Assembly (NCBI GenBank): GCA_044892505.1
Contig: CM097883.1
Location: forward strand, 262,818,001-262,882,000
From: Schmidtea nova
Lineage: Eukaryota
Length of the DNA: 64,000 bases
Direction of reading: 5' to 3'
The notes under the pieces are model-generated. The model worked only from the letters and a program-made list of their open reading frames with translations. It searched no databases and had not been told where the DNA came from. A program made the position numbers and the translations under genes. Below, piece after piece: positions 26,973-39,373 of this stretch (its first letter is position 1; each line of letters starts with the position of its first letter).

Positions 26973-27028
26973 TCTCCTGCATAGCACTGATGAGAGCCAA
27001 AAGCTCGAAACTAGTCTGCTATTGGGGA
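26973..27028 (+). ncRNA. Type I hammerhead ribozyme (minimal, palindromic stem III)
   Basis: Stem I ATAGCA/TGCTAT, extended by TCTCC/GGGGA. Core CTGATGA. Stem II GAGC-CAAAA-GCTC, then GAAA. Stem III AC-TA-GT. Cleavage triplet GTC, with the predicted cut after 27016. Confidence 0.9.
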
Positions 27029-27114
27029 TTTGCACTGGGTATCACAAAAAAAATCCCAAGCTTTTTATTATTATTAATATTATTATTATTATTATTATTG
27101 ATTCGAGCCAAAAC

Positions 27115-27674
27115 CATTTGGAAGACATTTTTATTTTCCTCAAACAATGTTTCTATCAAAAGGCTAATAGTTCCATAACACAACTGGAGATCGTGCAAAG
27201 AAGCACGGGATTGATCAAATGTGTAGGCATTTCCTTTGACATTAGCAAGAGTGTCGAAACGATCAATTTCAGCAAAGAAGTCTCGATGAACCAGTGGTTG
27301 ACAGGCAGGAAATTCAAATCGGTGACGCGAATAAAATGTCTGACATTCGTGAAATCCTAAATATTTGCCGAATTTCAATATCGGCTTAAAACCATTTAAT
27401 AGAAAGGTTATGCCGCAGGTTTCTGTAATTATTCTCTTTGGTAACAAGAAGAAACTGCTTTCACTCCACACATAAGGATCCATATGATCATAGGACGTTT
27501 GTGCCATAATCTGGCGATTGACTTCATCAAGCATTTTAACGACGGAGACTTTAGGAATGGATCGAAATCACTCTCATTGTCATCAGAATTTAACCACATT
27601 TCTAATAGCTTTACACTGCCTTCAAAGAAATATTCCTGTGAAATATGATTGACCTGATTTCCCAAATCTTTCAT
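27115..27674 (-). pseudogene. AMD1: S-adenosylmethionine decarboxylase pseudogene (intronless, 3'-truncated)
   Basis: Reads YFFEGSVKLLEMW, (L)RSIPK, YVWSESS (autocleavage site), ITETCGITFLL, FYSRHRF..P..Q...HRDF and TISLLIETL. A 1-nt deletion lies near 27565, and homology ends at an (AAT)n tract. Confidence 0.85.
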
Positions 27675-27699
27675 AGCTCGGAAATGAAATCCAAAAATT

Positions 27700-28546
27700 C
27701 CAAAGCAATAATGGATATTCAAAATGTTTCTTGCAACGAATGGTGAGTGAAACTGTTGATAAGTGTATTAATAAGTTGAATGTGATTGATGAAAAAATTT
27801 CTCCTGGTGTTGATCCGTTTAATACCTCTGATAGTGCTCCTTTGATTGAAACAGGTGATGTTGTTATGGGAATGAATAATAATGAAATAAATAAAAGTAA
27901 CTTGAATGATTGCATTGGTTCTGTTATAGTTTTACCGTTTTCTGAGGGATTTGTAAATTTTAAAAAATTTATTATAAAATATATTGGAAATACTAATGTT
28001 AAAATAATTTCTAAGTCTTGCAAAGTTCGGGACATGTTCAGTAATAAATCTGTGACGCCATTTGGTCTGTGTTCTGATCTCGTATATCGTTTTACTTGTA
28101 ATGGGTGTAATGCCACATACATTGGAGAGACTGCCCGTCATCTCTGTACACGAGTTCAAGAACATGCCAGAAAGAGTGGAAAGAGTAACATTATTGAGCA
28201 TAATAAGACTTGCAAGAAGAGCATTGATATTTCTAATTTCAAAATACTTTCAAGGGGTTTTAAAAATTATTATGAACGTATGAATTGTGAGGCTTTGATG
28301 ATAAAATCATATTAATCCTAAAATAAATATACAAAATGCAATATCTACATGCATTTTGAGAGTGTTTAATTAATTTTATTAGGGTAAATAAAAGTTTTAT
28401 TGGATTATGCACATGTAATTATGTAATCACTATTAAGCGTATAATTAAGATCAATTTTTATTTTATTGAGATTGTGGAAAGCCTGATGATGACAGCTAAG
28501 CTGTTGAAATATATTGCATTAATATATTTAAAAAAATGGTGTTCTC

Positions 28547-28625
<79 letters not shown>

Positions 28626-28630
28626 TATCA
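27700..28630 (+). mobile_element. 5'-truncated Penelope-like element: GIY-YIG endonuclease region, pLTR-like tail and (TAT)n
   Basis: ORF 27731-28315 contains LVYRFTCNGCNATYIGETARHLCTRVQEH...ERMNCEALMIK. A 1-nt insertion removes the NPKINIQ C-terminus. It is followed by a CTGATGA..GAAA motif and a (TAT)n tract. Confidence 0.85.
28550..28628. repeat. (TAT)n microsatellite
   Basis: About 25 consecutive TAT units. Confidence 0.95.
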
Positions 28631-29370
28631 ATATATTATCGGTTGCAGTGACCTTTATTATTTAACCATTCTTGGCGGATGTATTATGCAACAGTTACTG
28701 CAAAATCTACAGAACAACAAGAGTAAACAATATATACTCAATGTTCGAACAACACAACAAAAGTTTTTTATATTAATGATAAATAATACGATTGTTTTAA
28801 TATTAATATAAGTATAATATGACGTACGGAACATTATGTTTATATATGTTTTTAATTCTGGTAAAAAAATTCCAAATTTTGGAAAATTTGAAAAATAATT
28901 ATTTTTAAAAATCTATGAACATTTGCAGAAGATTAAAAAATATTTATTTGGGACTACCGTTAAAAAGGATCTAAAAATCAATTTTTTCGGAACTACTTTT
29001 AATGCCAAAATTAATGCCAAAAGTATTGATGACGATAAATTTTAATTTTTAGTTCAATAGTGTAGTTGAAAAATGCTTGAAAAATCTAGAAAAATTCAAA
29101 AAATTTCCATAATTATGTTAAACAAATAAATGAGGAAAAAATGGATATTGTAATGAGAAGAAAAATTATATCTTACAAATTGAAGAAAACAAATTGTCAA
29201 AGCATTTTTTAAAGCAAAGTCTATTCATGAAGCAGTTAAAGATGAAGACAATAATAATACGAAAATGTCTTTATTAAAATGGAGAAGACATAATTCGTAA
29301 TAGACATTAAACAACTCTAAACAAATTAATCTAAGCTAGTATAAGAATATAAAGAAAAATATAAATTTAT

Positions 29371-30292
29371 TGTTGGGAAATCAGCAGATTCTTAAAGGCA
29401 GAATGGACGAACTAAAAAATTCGATGCTTTGAATGCAAAAAGGCGTGTCACAAAAAAAGGTAATTGTCAATTTTGTTGGGGTTGGCTGAACAGGCTTGAA
29501 ATAAAAATTAAAAAGCACAAAAACTATGTGCAAATCGATAAAAATAAGAAAATTGGAAAAATAATAAGTAAAGTGCAAACATTAATTTAAAATTTATGAA
29601 ATTCAAAATTAAAGATTCAACGGTGGAAACTGGTATGGGAGAATGCCAAATGATGAGACGAATTTAAATATGGGTATATAAAATTAAAAAGGGACCCCAG
29701 AAAGATAAATTAAGAAAATACAAATTAATTTAAAATAACTAATCGTCTAATGGGTAACCCGAACGATGTGGGAAACCCGGGGCATCAACAAAATCATTTA
29801 ATTATCGAAATAAAGTGAATCAGCAAAGATGTCCCGTCAAGAGTCGAAAACCCATTATCAGCGAAACTCAATTAGGTGGCGGTCAAACAAATCTAATTAT
29901 TTTATTTTTCGACAGATCCAATTAGGCCGACAGGATGAAAACAAAATGTAGTATATAAGCTGAGAGCAAATTGCTAATATCGCCAGAGTGGTCGAAGATA
30001 AATTTTAAGAATAAAGAGAATTTTGCAATCTAGTAGAAGCTATTTGGAGGAAACGTTAAGAGAAACCAAAGGTAGAATTTGAATTTAATCTTCTTGCGTA
30101 CCAGAGAGGGAGATATCCCATTGGGTGTTCTACCCTCACGCGGAAGAGTGCAGAACATTCGTGACTTTCTGTGATAAAGTGTTGTTGTTCATTTGAAAAA
30201 TAAAAAGTTATTGTGTTGGGTTTAACTTATTGTCGTGTTTGAAAGAGAACACAGGAGTCAGATATTACCGACAACTCATTAATAACCCAACA
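29371..30292 (+). repeat. Solo-LTR-like repeat (TGTTGGG...CCCAACA)
   Basis: Inverted 7-bp termini TGTTGGG/CCCAACA. Shares blocks with 33145-33973 (GTGGGAAACCCGG, CTTCT.GCGTACCAGA.AGGGAGAT, AACAC.GGAGTCAGA). No clean TSD. Confidence 0.6.
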
Positions 30293-33144
30293 ATTTCAAA
30301 AAAGAAATATTCAATGCTGCCATTGTGACAAATCTTGCCATGTTCAAAGATCTTGTCCTAATAATTTAAATACTGTAAAACCTCTAATAATCCACAATTT
30401 TCTATTAATTCCCCACTAATTTGTTTTTTTTAATACATGAAAATTTAGAATAATACCCCACCTGATACAATTATGGAAAACATTAGATATTAGATTATAT
30501 CGCGCATTAAACCAATAAAGTTTTATAATTTATTTTACATTTCAGATTTTTCGATTCAATAAATCAAATATTTTCATAATTATCTTTTTGTTTCACCTTT
30601 GATCTCTTTTAGTATTAATATCAATATTAGTATGAATTTAATATCAAATCAAATAATAATCTGACTTCTTCATTTTTTGAAAAAAACCTCTAATAATTCT
30701 CCACTACTATTTTTTTCAAAAACAAATAATTTCCCAGGGGAATATTCAAAGGTTTTACAGTAATAAAAACAAATTATGGACATGGAAAATATACGATGAG
30801 CTCTGGAAGATATAAAAAACATAGAATTTGAAGAATTTAAAAAGAAATGCATCATCATAGTAGAGGTTAATTCAATGAAAAAGACAATGGTAAATAAAGA
30901 TTTTAAACCTTCATTAGTTGATAATTGTGTAGATTTTATTAAAAGTTTGGCAACGAAACTAAAACGTAAGATTTTTTAATGTGTTAGAGAGAATATTTCT
31001 CAGCGAAACATCGAAAAGTTTACTAAGAAGTCTATTATTAATAGTAAAGTGAAAGGAATTACAGTTAGCGGAACAGACATTAGCTTAGTAAGCGAAACGT
31101 TTTAAAAGAAAATTACTGAAACTCAACCAGGATTACCAGTTTTATGAAGCATCGTGAGAATGAGTTGTGACAATGAAACTAATATTCAAAGTGACGGTAA
31201 GATTTTGTTGAATGTGCAAATAGATGTGCAATTCTCAATCAAATTTTTGAAATAATTAATGATATATTCCAAATATTAACTTAGGATCGTATTTTTGATA
31301 ATCCTGTAAATGATTGTATAAAAATAACTATTGTCTCGAAAACGCCCATGTAAACTTTAAACTAAACCAAACCGCATTATGTTGGCCTAATGTGGAAACT
31401 TATTCTGAAACTGTCAGAAAACGCAACTTTCACGTTATTATGTCAGAGACGGTGAGACTCACAAATGCCACAGAGTATTTTCTGGGTAAAATTGTTGATG
31501 ATAGGCGTTTAAAGTGCCATGTAAATGTTTCTACTTGTTAATTTATTGTAAATCCACAAAATATGGCGAATAAAATGAGGAATCTGCCACACTTTTTTCA
31601 CATAGCAACGTTCACTAAAAAACACACCCTTCAATATATAATCCCCGAAGTAGCTGTTACTAAGGTAAGTACACCCACTATTGGGAAACCTCCGCGATAA
31701 CTGTTTGTAACGTTAAAACACACAAAACAATAATTATTGCCCATACCAAGTAACATAAACGATAACATGTTTTTTATTTTATTGAATAGCATTTTGTTTT
31801 AATTAAATGACTAACATTTCAAGTAGTTGTTTCACATATTTTTAACCAATAACATTCGATGTGTTATATCTGAAAAAAAGTGATTATGGTAATTCAAAAG
31901 CCAATCAAGACCAATAACTGCAATATAACGATATGCGTTACCACTTTCCGACAAAATCAAGTTAATTGGAGTAACCTGTATAACTTTAGATCTATGGATG
32001 ATATCGACTCAATGATGTTTAAAATTTTCAGGATTCGATAAAGCGTCAAGCAAAACATCAAAATCGACAACAACATGAACAAATTTATTGATAACAATAT
32101 TAAAACATGTCAAACAATATATAAATCAATAGAAAACAAAATTAATGATGAAAAGAAAAAAGAAAGTAAATGTAAGTGTCGATTTTAGAAATTTATTTAA
32201 TGAAATTTATTTATAATTAATTTAATTACCTTTGTAAATAAATAAATATTAAGTAAGCCTGTTTATTTAATAATTAGTTATCTTTATCAGTTTCGTAATT
32301 TAATCATTAATATTTATTTATTATTCAATAAGATTTGTAATATCCTATTTATTTGAATTTTTACTTTTAATTTATTAAATATAAATGACAACTTAAATTT
32401 TCACTATAATCAATTATTTTGTTGTATTATCTAAATTTTTAATTTTTTTACATTTAATTTTGTAGTGTTCACTAATTTTTGAAAATTATTTGCATTATTT
32501 GCATTTTTATTTTTAGCTTATAACTAATTATTAAAACAATTCTACTTTTAATTATAATTATTATAATTTTTAATAATACTTAATTATTTAACTTGAATAT
32601 AAGTTTTATTTTAATATTGAATAATATTACTTATTGTTTTATTTTAACTTTTTTAATAACTATTTTCTAGTAATCAAAGTATTGTAAATTAATTATAAAT
32701 AAACATACTTGAAATAAAATTTTTTCTATCATAGTAATTAATATTTCTATATGGAAATTATTGTATTAAAATATTATTTTTAAATTATTAATTTATTTGT
32801 AAATAATTTAAATTTTACATATTACATATTACACATTTGAAATTAATTAATATTATTTATCATAATATTTAAATTACTTAATTAACTTTTTATTGTTGTA
32901 ATTATTATTAATTATTTTATAATGAATTTTTGCCGATTATCGATTATCGATTAACGATAATAAATACATTCAATTAATGGTAAAATATTATAAACATTTG
33001 TATAAAAGAGTCACATTTTTATATGTTCCGTATGTAAGACAACCCAAAAGTCTACTTTTTTAAACTTTTATAAAAGCCATAAAGATCATTTAACAATAAT
33101 GAGATCTTCCACAAAATCCTTTTTAATTTAGCACTTATTAGTAA

Positions 33145-33973
33145 TGTTGGGGTATAGTAAAAATTAGTAAAATACAAAAATAAAAATCATAAAAATTTAG
33201 TAAAAATCAATAAAGTAAAAAATTTTCAAAATTAATTAAAATTTATGAAAAAATTGAAAACAGAAAATTAGCGGGGGAAATTGGTATGGGTGGATGCCGA
33301 ATATTGAAACAAATCCAAAAATAATAAAACAAAGTGAATGGGAAAGAAAATAATTAAAAAAGAAAATGAAGAAATAATTAAAATATTAAAATATTAATTA
33401 ATAATTAATTGGCTAATGGAAAGCCCGAGCTAATGGGAAACCCGAGACAATGGAGAACCCGAAGAGTGTGGGAAACCCGGACAAGCAATATGACAGGTAA
33501 TTATTCCTGAGAAAATTAACTTTAGAGGAGACCCGAAGAGTAACCGACAGATGGAAAATTAAAATGTCAAATCGGAAACTACCATTTGACAGCTGCAGCG
33601 GAGTAGGAAACCAATCATCAGAAGCAGTATAAAATAGAAAGATAAATATTAAAGTTTGCCAGAATGGTCGAAGCAAAAGTAAGTGAAGTCAGCAAGTGAG
33701 GAGTTAAGAGCGATAATTAAAAAGTTCAAAGCCAAATTTATTCTTCTAGCGTACCAGAAAGGGAGATCTTCCTTGGGGAGACTTATCCCTACTCGAAGTC
33801 GGAGAAGCAGTGATAAAATTTATTGTGAAATTTTAAAAAGAGACTTGGTGTGTCAGAAAAGTGTGATTGTTACAAATAAATTCTTCGGTGTTGGGTTATT
33901 TTATTGAATTAAATTTAAAGAACACTGAGGAGTCAGACTAACAGCACTGACTAAACATCACAAATACCCAACA
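33145..33973 (+). repeat. Solo-LTR-like repeat (TGTTGGG...CCCAACA)
   Basis: Same termini and shared internal blocks as 29371-30292. Confidence 0.6.
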
Positions 33974-34229
33974 GCAGTGATAATAATATTACTAATAATA
34001 AAATTAATATCCTTATCGATAATCCACACTTCTCAAAAATGAAATAATATAGTTGACGAGATAATTTCCGACACGAAAATTCTTTACGACTCTGACATGC
34101 GTTTTAATAATAATATTAACGCCATAGATGTTCCATCTAGTTGGTCTCTTCTTACTTACGTTAAATATGATTTGAGGAAATTGCACGCCAATTTAAAAAA
34201 TGTCTGTTTCTCACTTGGCTTCGAAAACT

Positions 34230-35465
34230 TTAATTTTACCTGAAAATTCAATTAATAAATTAAATAAAGCTATTAATGAGATAAGTTCAGTGAAAATACA
34301 ATTTTATATTGATGTAAAGTTTGAAAAATACTGAGAATTTCAATCTTTCATCATTTCAAATTCTGTGAGACTTTGGAATAATAATATTTTATTAACAAAG
34401 TTAATGGAATCTATTTCATAGTATCTAAATTTGCTCAAATTAGTCGATTGAATGGGTGTGGACACATTGAAATCTCTCAATCTTTACAATTATAGCATTG
34501 TACTGTAAACGTAAGAAATTCTGATGACTTTTGTTTCATTTAAAGCATTTTGACTATTTTGAAATATGATGAAGTAGCTGATCGTTATAATAGATATGGG
34601 ACTAGTCCCTTCTGGTTTACCAATGAAACTTTGCAACATTCCGAAATTCTAGGCTAAAAACCCCAGACTTGCTAATAAATGTTATTTTCTATGACGAGAA
34701 TGCTTAACTTGACAATTAATCAAAATCTGAGGTTTTTAAACCTCCTTGTGTCAATGTAATCCCTAGTTCTAAAGTTATGCTGGATACTCGAATGAACTTG
34801 ATTTTGTTTAAAAGGTTGTGATGCATATCATTATATTGCAGTCATTGATCTTGATTGGCTTTTGAATTATTACAATCACTTTTTTTCAGATACAAAGTAT
34901 ATTGTGTCATCGATGCTTGAACTGGTTTAGAAAACACAAAGCATTCGATTGTCAACAGTAGTTGTGTGTCAAAAATCAGTTGGGCTTAAATCTATATACT
35001 TTGTCTAGAAATAGGAATTTACAATTTTCTAATTGAGCTGAGACAATAACTCCACCTTTTGTAGTTTACATCGATTTTGAGGCTATCTTACCTACTGATG
35101 ATAAATATTTTCAAAAGCATATTCCCATCTCTGCAGGTATTTTACTTGTAAATAATTCTTTGGAAAGAGATTTTACAAGAGTTTTCAAGGATTTGATTTT
35201 GTTAGTAAGTTTCTTTCTGAAATTAGGGATATTTCTGAAACAATTGTTTATACCTTTTTCAAAAATAATTTCAAGAAAACTTTTTATGACTATGGCTCAT
35301 CAGCAGTCCTTTTATTCTGTAACAGATAGTAACAGATCTATTACTATCTGTTACTATCTCTCTAAGAAAACTTTAGTCAAACCTGTTAAGGACCGAGATC
35401 ACTTGTGAATTTTTGGGGTCTTCTTGTAGTTCTTGCAATTAATCTAGGCTGATACGTAAGGATAT
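34230..35465 (+). pseudogene. Decayed Polinton/adintovirus-type pPolB N-terminal fragment (second copy)
   Basis: TITPPFVVYIDFEAILPTDDKYFQKHIPISAGILLVNN is nearly identical to TITPPFVVYADFEAILPSDDKYFQRHVPISVGLLLVNN at 58.4 kb. CTVNVRNSDDFCF and PVKDRDH motifs are also present. Many stops and frameshifts. Confidence 0.85.
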
Positions 35466-36782
35466 CTTTCTTTATAATAAAACATCATTCAATTTGTTCA
35501 CATGGTTTATCATGGTCCAAGTTCACTAAACCATTACCATTATCATATTTACAAGCGCTAACATCTTTTTTAGCCAAATTCTTTAAGGTCAAAACACGTT
35601 AATATCCTATTTTTTCTTTTTCTTAATATAAAAATAATCAATCTTACTGACATTCAACAAATATTTTACATAATTATTATTGTTGAGTGAAATATTATTT
35701 CGTATTGTGTAACCTAGTCGTTAAGATGTTTGAGATATGTGTTGTGGATCTTTTATTGTAATTATTAACCACTTTTAGGAAATCTGTAGAGCCCAGCCAG
35801 GTCACCGGTAAAAAAAACTGTCTTGGGACAGTTGGGGAGCGTGTTATGTTTTTGTGTGCTTGCTTTATAAATTGCTGTATGTGTGCGTTCGTATAGTTAA
35901 CAAATAATTATTACAAAAAAACAATTTTTAAAATAACAACTTTTATTTAATTAAAGGTAAATAAAAAAACAACCAGTACTCAAAATTTTTTCACTTCTGT
36001 TTCAATAAATCTTCAATCAATCTTTATTTTTTTCTATTTAATCTGCCAATCAATTTCTCTATTGTCTCTTTTAGTTATTTTTTAATTTCAGTTTTCTATT
36101 AGCTTTTTAAATTGTTTTGTAGTTTTTTGTTATAATTTATTCGTTTTATTGTCACAATAATTCTAATTTTCATATGCTTTCTTATTGTCATTGGATATTG
36201 ATTTTTTTTGTTTTGAATTTTTGAATTTTTTGAATTATTATTTTAATTCTTATCACAAAATAAATAATAGAGGGAAGGGTCATCCTGGGTCCACAAGAAC
36301 GCCCGCAATAGCAGCGGTAACAANNNNNNNNNNNNNNNNNNNNNNNNNNNNNNNNNNNNNNNNNNNNNNNNNNNNNNNNNNNNNNNNNNNNNNNNNNNNN
36401 NNNNNNNNNNNNNNNNNNNNNNNNNNNNNNNNNNNNNNNNNNNNNNNNNNNNNNNNNNNNNNNNNNNNNNNNNNNNNNNNNNNNNNNNNNNNNNNNNNNN
36501 NNNNNNNNNNNNNNNNNNNNNNNNNNNNNNNNNNNNNNNNNNNNNNNNNNNNNNNNNNNNNNNNNNNNNNNNNNNNNNNNNNNNNNNNNNNNNNNNNNNN
36601 NNNNNCCGCCTTTAAAACCGGAGGTTACAATATTTACAAAAAAAGATATAATCTATACATGTTTCAATTTATGTGTTGCGTTGTATGTTTATGTATTAAG
36701 TTTTACAATTCGGGATAAAAATATAAAAATATACAACGCTGTTTGTTTGTATATGCTGTTTTTCTTTGCGTGTCTTTTGTGT

Positions 36783-38800
36783 TTAATCATTTGAAACAGT
36801 CCCTGTATTGTTATTATTGGGGGTGATTATAGCATTTTTGTCGAATTCTTTGACCATGTTTTTGATGTTGAAAGATATGTGTTTTTTCTTTGTTTGGGTT
36901 TCATTGTGTAAGGGGCTGCATAGGGCCTTTGAATTGTGGTAATATGGTTTTATCCTTCTTATTTTTATTTTGCTGTTGTTTTTTATTATGGTAGCCACAT
37001 TTTTGTTTACTTCTAGTAGTTTGAACGGGCTTTCATACTTAGCTTCAAAACCTTTTTATGAATATCTTTTTAATTAATATGTAGTCCGTAGTTAGTATTA
37101 TTTTTCCGTCTGTCTCGAATTTTTTACTCTTTTTTAAAATTCCTTTTGGTTTGTTTTCCATTGTTATGGTTATTTCAGTTTCTTTTCTATTTTGTAAATC
37201 AAATTTTAGTGATGGCAAATTTGTTGATTTTCCGAATACTTTGTATGCTTGGCTTTCGTTATCATTTGAATTAGGACAATTTCTTAAACCAATTAGTATT
37301 ATGGGCAATTGATTTAACCAATTCCGGTCGTTAGCTTTGGTTCTAATGCTTTCTTTTAGCGTTCAATGAAACCGTTCAATCTTTTCATTTGATTGCGGGT
37401 TTTAGGCTGTTGTTCCGTTTCCTTTAATATTGTATTTATTGCAAAGAACCTTGAACATTTCAGATTCGAATTGTTTGCCTTGGTCAGTTATAATTGTTTT
37501 TGGCTGGCCGTAGTGAGCTATCCAATTTAGTTCTATCATTTCGCAAATATTTTTAGCGGTGATTTCCTTTATTGGTATTACCTTGAACCAATTAGTTTTT
37601 CTATCTATAATTGTCAGTAAGTATTTGTTGTCCTCGTTTGGTGGCAGTGGTCTTATAATGTCAGTGTGAATTATCTCAAAAGCTTGGCTACTTGAAAAAT
37701 TCACCTTTTGAGTTTTTTTGAAGTTTTGTTTAGTAGACAATTTGGACAAGTTTTTACAAAATTCTTTATATCGGTTCTCATGTTGTGTCATACATAATTG
37801 TTATGTATTAATTCGTATGTTGTTTTGTTTCCCGGGTGATTTATTGTATGTATCTTTTCAAAGCATGTTTTTCGGAATTCCTCTGTTTGATACATATACC
37901 ATACTCCGTTATATTTCTGAAGTTTCAGGCTGTGTTTTGTAGGAATTTGTCTTATTGTTTCAGATTGTTTGGTTTTTATTTGTTCCATTTCTATAATTTC
38001 TTCGAATTCTAAGGAGTTTATGTCGCTTTCTATTCTAGATAGAGCATCTGCTGCGACTTTTGATTTTCCAGTTACATAATTTATGGTGCAATTGAATTAT
38101 GAAATAAAATTCAAATGTCGAATTTGTCTTGGAGACGGATTCTTCATCGCTATTGCATTTATTAGGGGCTTGTGGTCAGTATACATTTTAAAAGTTTTCC
38201 CTTCTAGCAAGTGTTGAAAATGTTTAATTGCATCATTTATTGCTAGGAGTTCTCTGTAAAAAGTTGAATATCTGATTTGATGTGACTTTAGTTTTTTTGA
38301 AAAGAACCCAATTGTTTGTTTTCTAAATTGATTGTCCTGATAAATTGTTGCGCCCATTGCGAAACCTGAACATCTGTTGTTAGTTGATATTCTAATTCTG
38401 AATCTGGAAATCCGAGTAATGTTGCTTGTGTTAGGCTTTCTCTAGCTTTTTCGAATACTTCGGTTGTCTGTTGTGTCCAATTTATTTTGACGTTTCGTTT
38501 TGTTTTAATTATGTCATTTAATGGTGCCAATAATTTGCTACAGTTGAAAATATAAAAGTGGTAAAATTTTACCATTCCCAAAATTCTTCTCAATTCCCTA
38601 GTGTTAATTGGCAATTTGTAATTTTTAATGTTGCTTATTTTTTTTCGATTGGTTGTGTTCCTTTTTCGTTTAGGGTATGTCCAAGGAAGTTTATTTCGGT
38701 TTTCATGAATTTTCATTTATGTGTGTTGATTTTTAGGTTTGCGTTTTATAATGTCTCGAACACGTTCTTTATGTCTTTTAAAAAAAATAATCAGTAAGTG
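36783..38800 (-). mobile_element. Decayed Ty3/gypsy pol (RT C-terminus, RNase H, integrase)
   Basis: Fragments TYRELLAI..IKHF..LLEGK.F.MYTDHKPL, HPGNKTT, IIHTDIIRPLP..KYLLTIIDRKTNWF and TDQGKQFES are homologous to the intact element at 47-53 kb. Frameshifted. Confidence 0.9.
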
Positions 38801-38929
38801 GTGTAAAAACTGATTTAAATAAAGTTCAATAAATTAACAAATGCACCTATTTTGAAGTTTCAAGATTTTTAAGCTCAATTAGTTACCAATTCTATATTTA
38901 AGTGTATTCACGCGGTTTTATTTCCAATT

Positions 38930-39104
38930 GACAATTATGGGTGGTTTTCGTGTGCACAATCAATCTTTTGGCATACGGAATCCCTTTTCTTTCAAACACA
39001 TTATTGACTAGGCTGCTCACAATTGATAAAGCTTTGCCACACATGCCCCTATCAAGATAGACTTGTTGCAGCACCTCGTAGATACAGGTACAGTAGCTTT
39101 CTTT
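38930..39104 (-). pseudogene. H2B: Histone H2B fragment
   Basis: KESYCTCIYEVLQQVYLDRGMCGKALSIVSSLVNNVFER aligns with H2B [39 protein letters not shown]. Confidence 0.75.
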
Positions 39105-39373
39105 AAGTTGGTGAATATCACTTCTACTGTAGCATTTGATCCAGATTCTGAAGTCTTTGACAGACGTTGACCTATGACCGTGAATTACTTTGCAATCAAC
39201 TATTTTATCGTTTCCTTTCTTCACTTTCTGCAATTAACTACTGAAATATCAATAACGACTTTTGGCAGTAAAAAAACAGATTCGAAGATTCTCATTTGAT
39301 AAGGAGTTGGATTTTGTAGCTTTTCAGTAAGCAATCTTCTGCTTACAAGATTAAACTCTCTCAAGATCCCGAT

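Noticed and set aside
26941-27110. Complete U1 snRNA gene
   Set aside because: Only the first ~15 nt match. The U1-70K loop, Sm site and terminal stem-loop are not recognisable, so it is kept only as a speculative finding.
27560-27570. Programmed frameshift in AMD1
   Set aside because: There is no slippery motif, and the copy is also 3'-truncated and has altered conserved residues, so a simple deletion is more likely.
28474-28811. Poly-Tyr / poly-Leu ORFs
   Set aside because: They are translations of the (TAT)n microsatellite.
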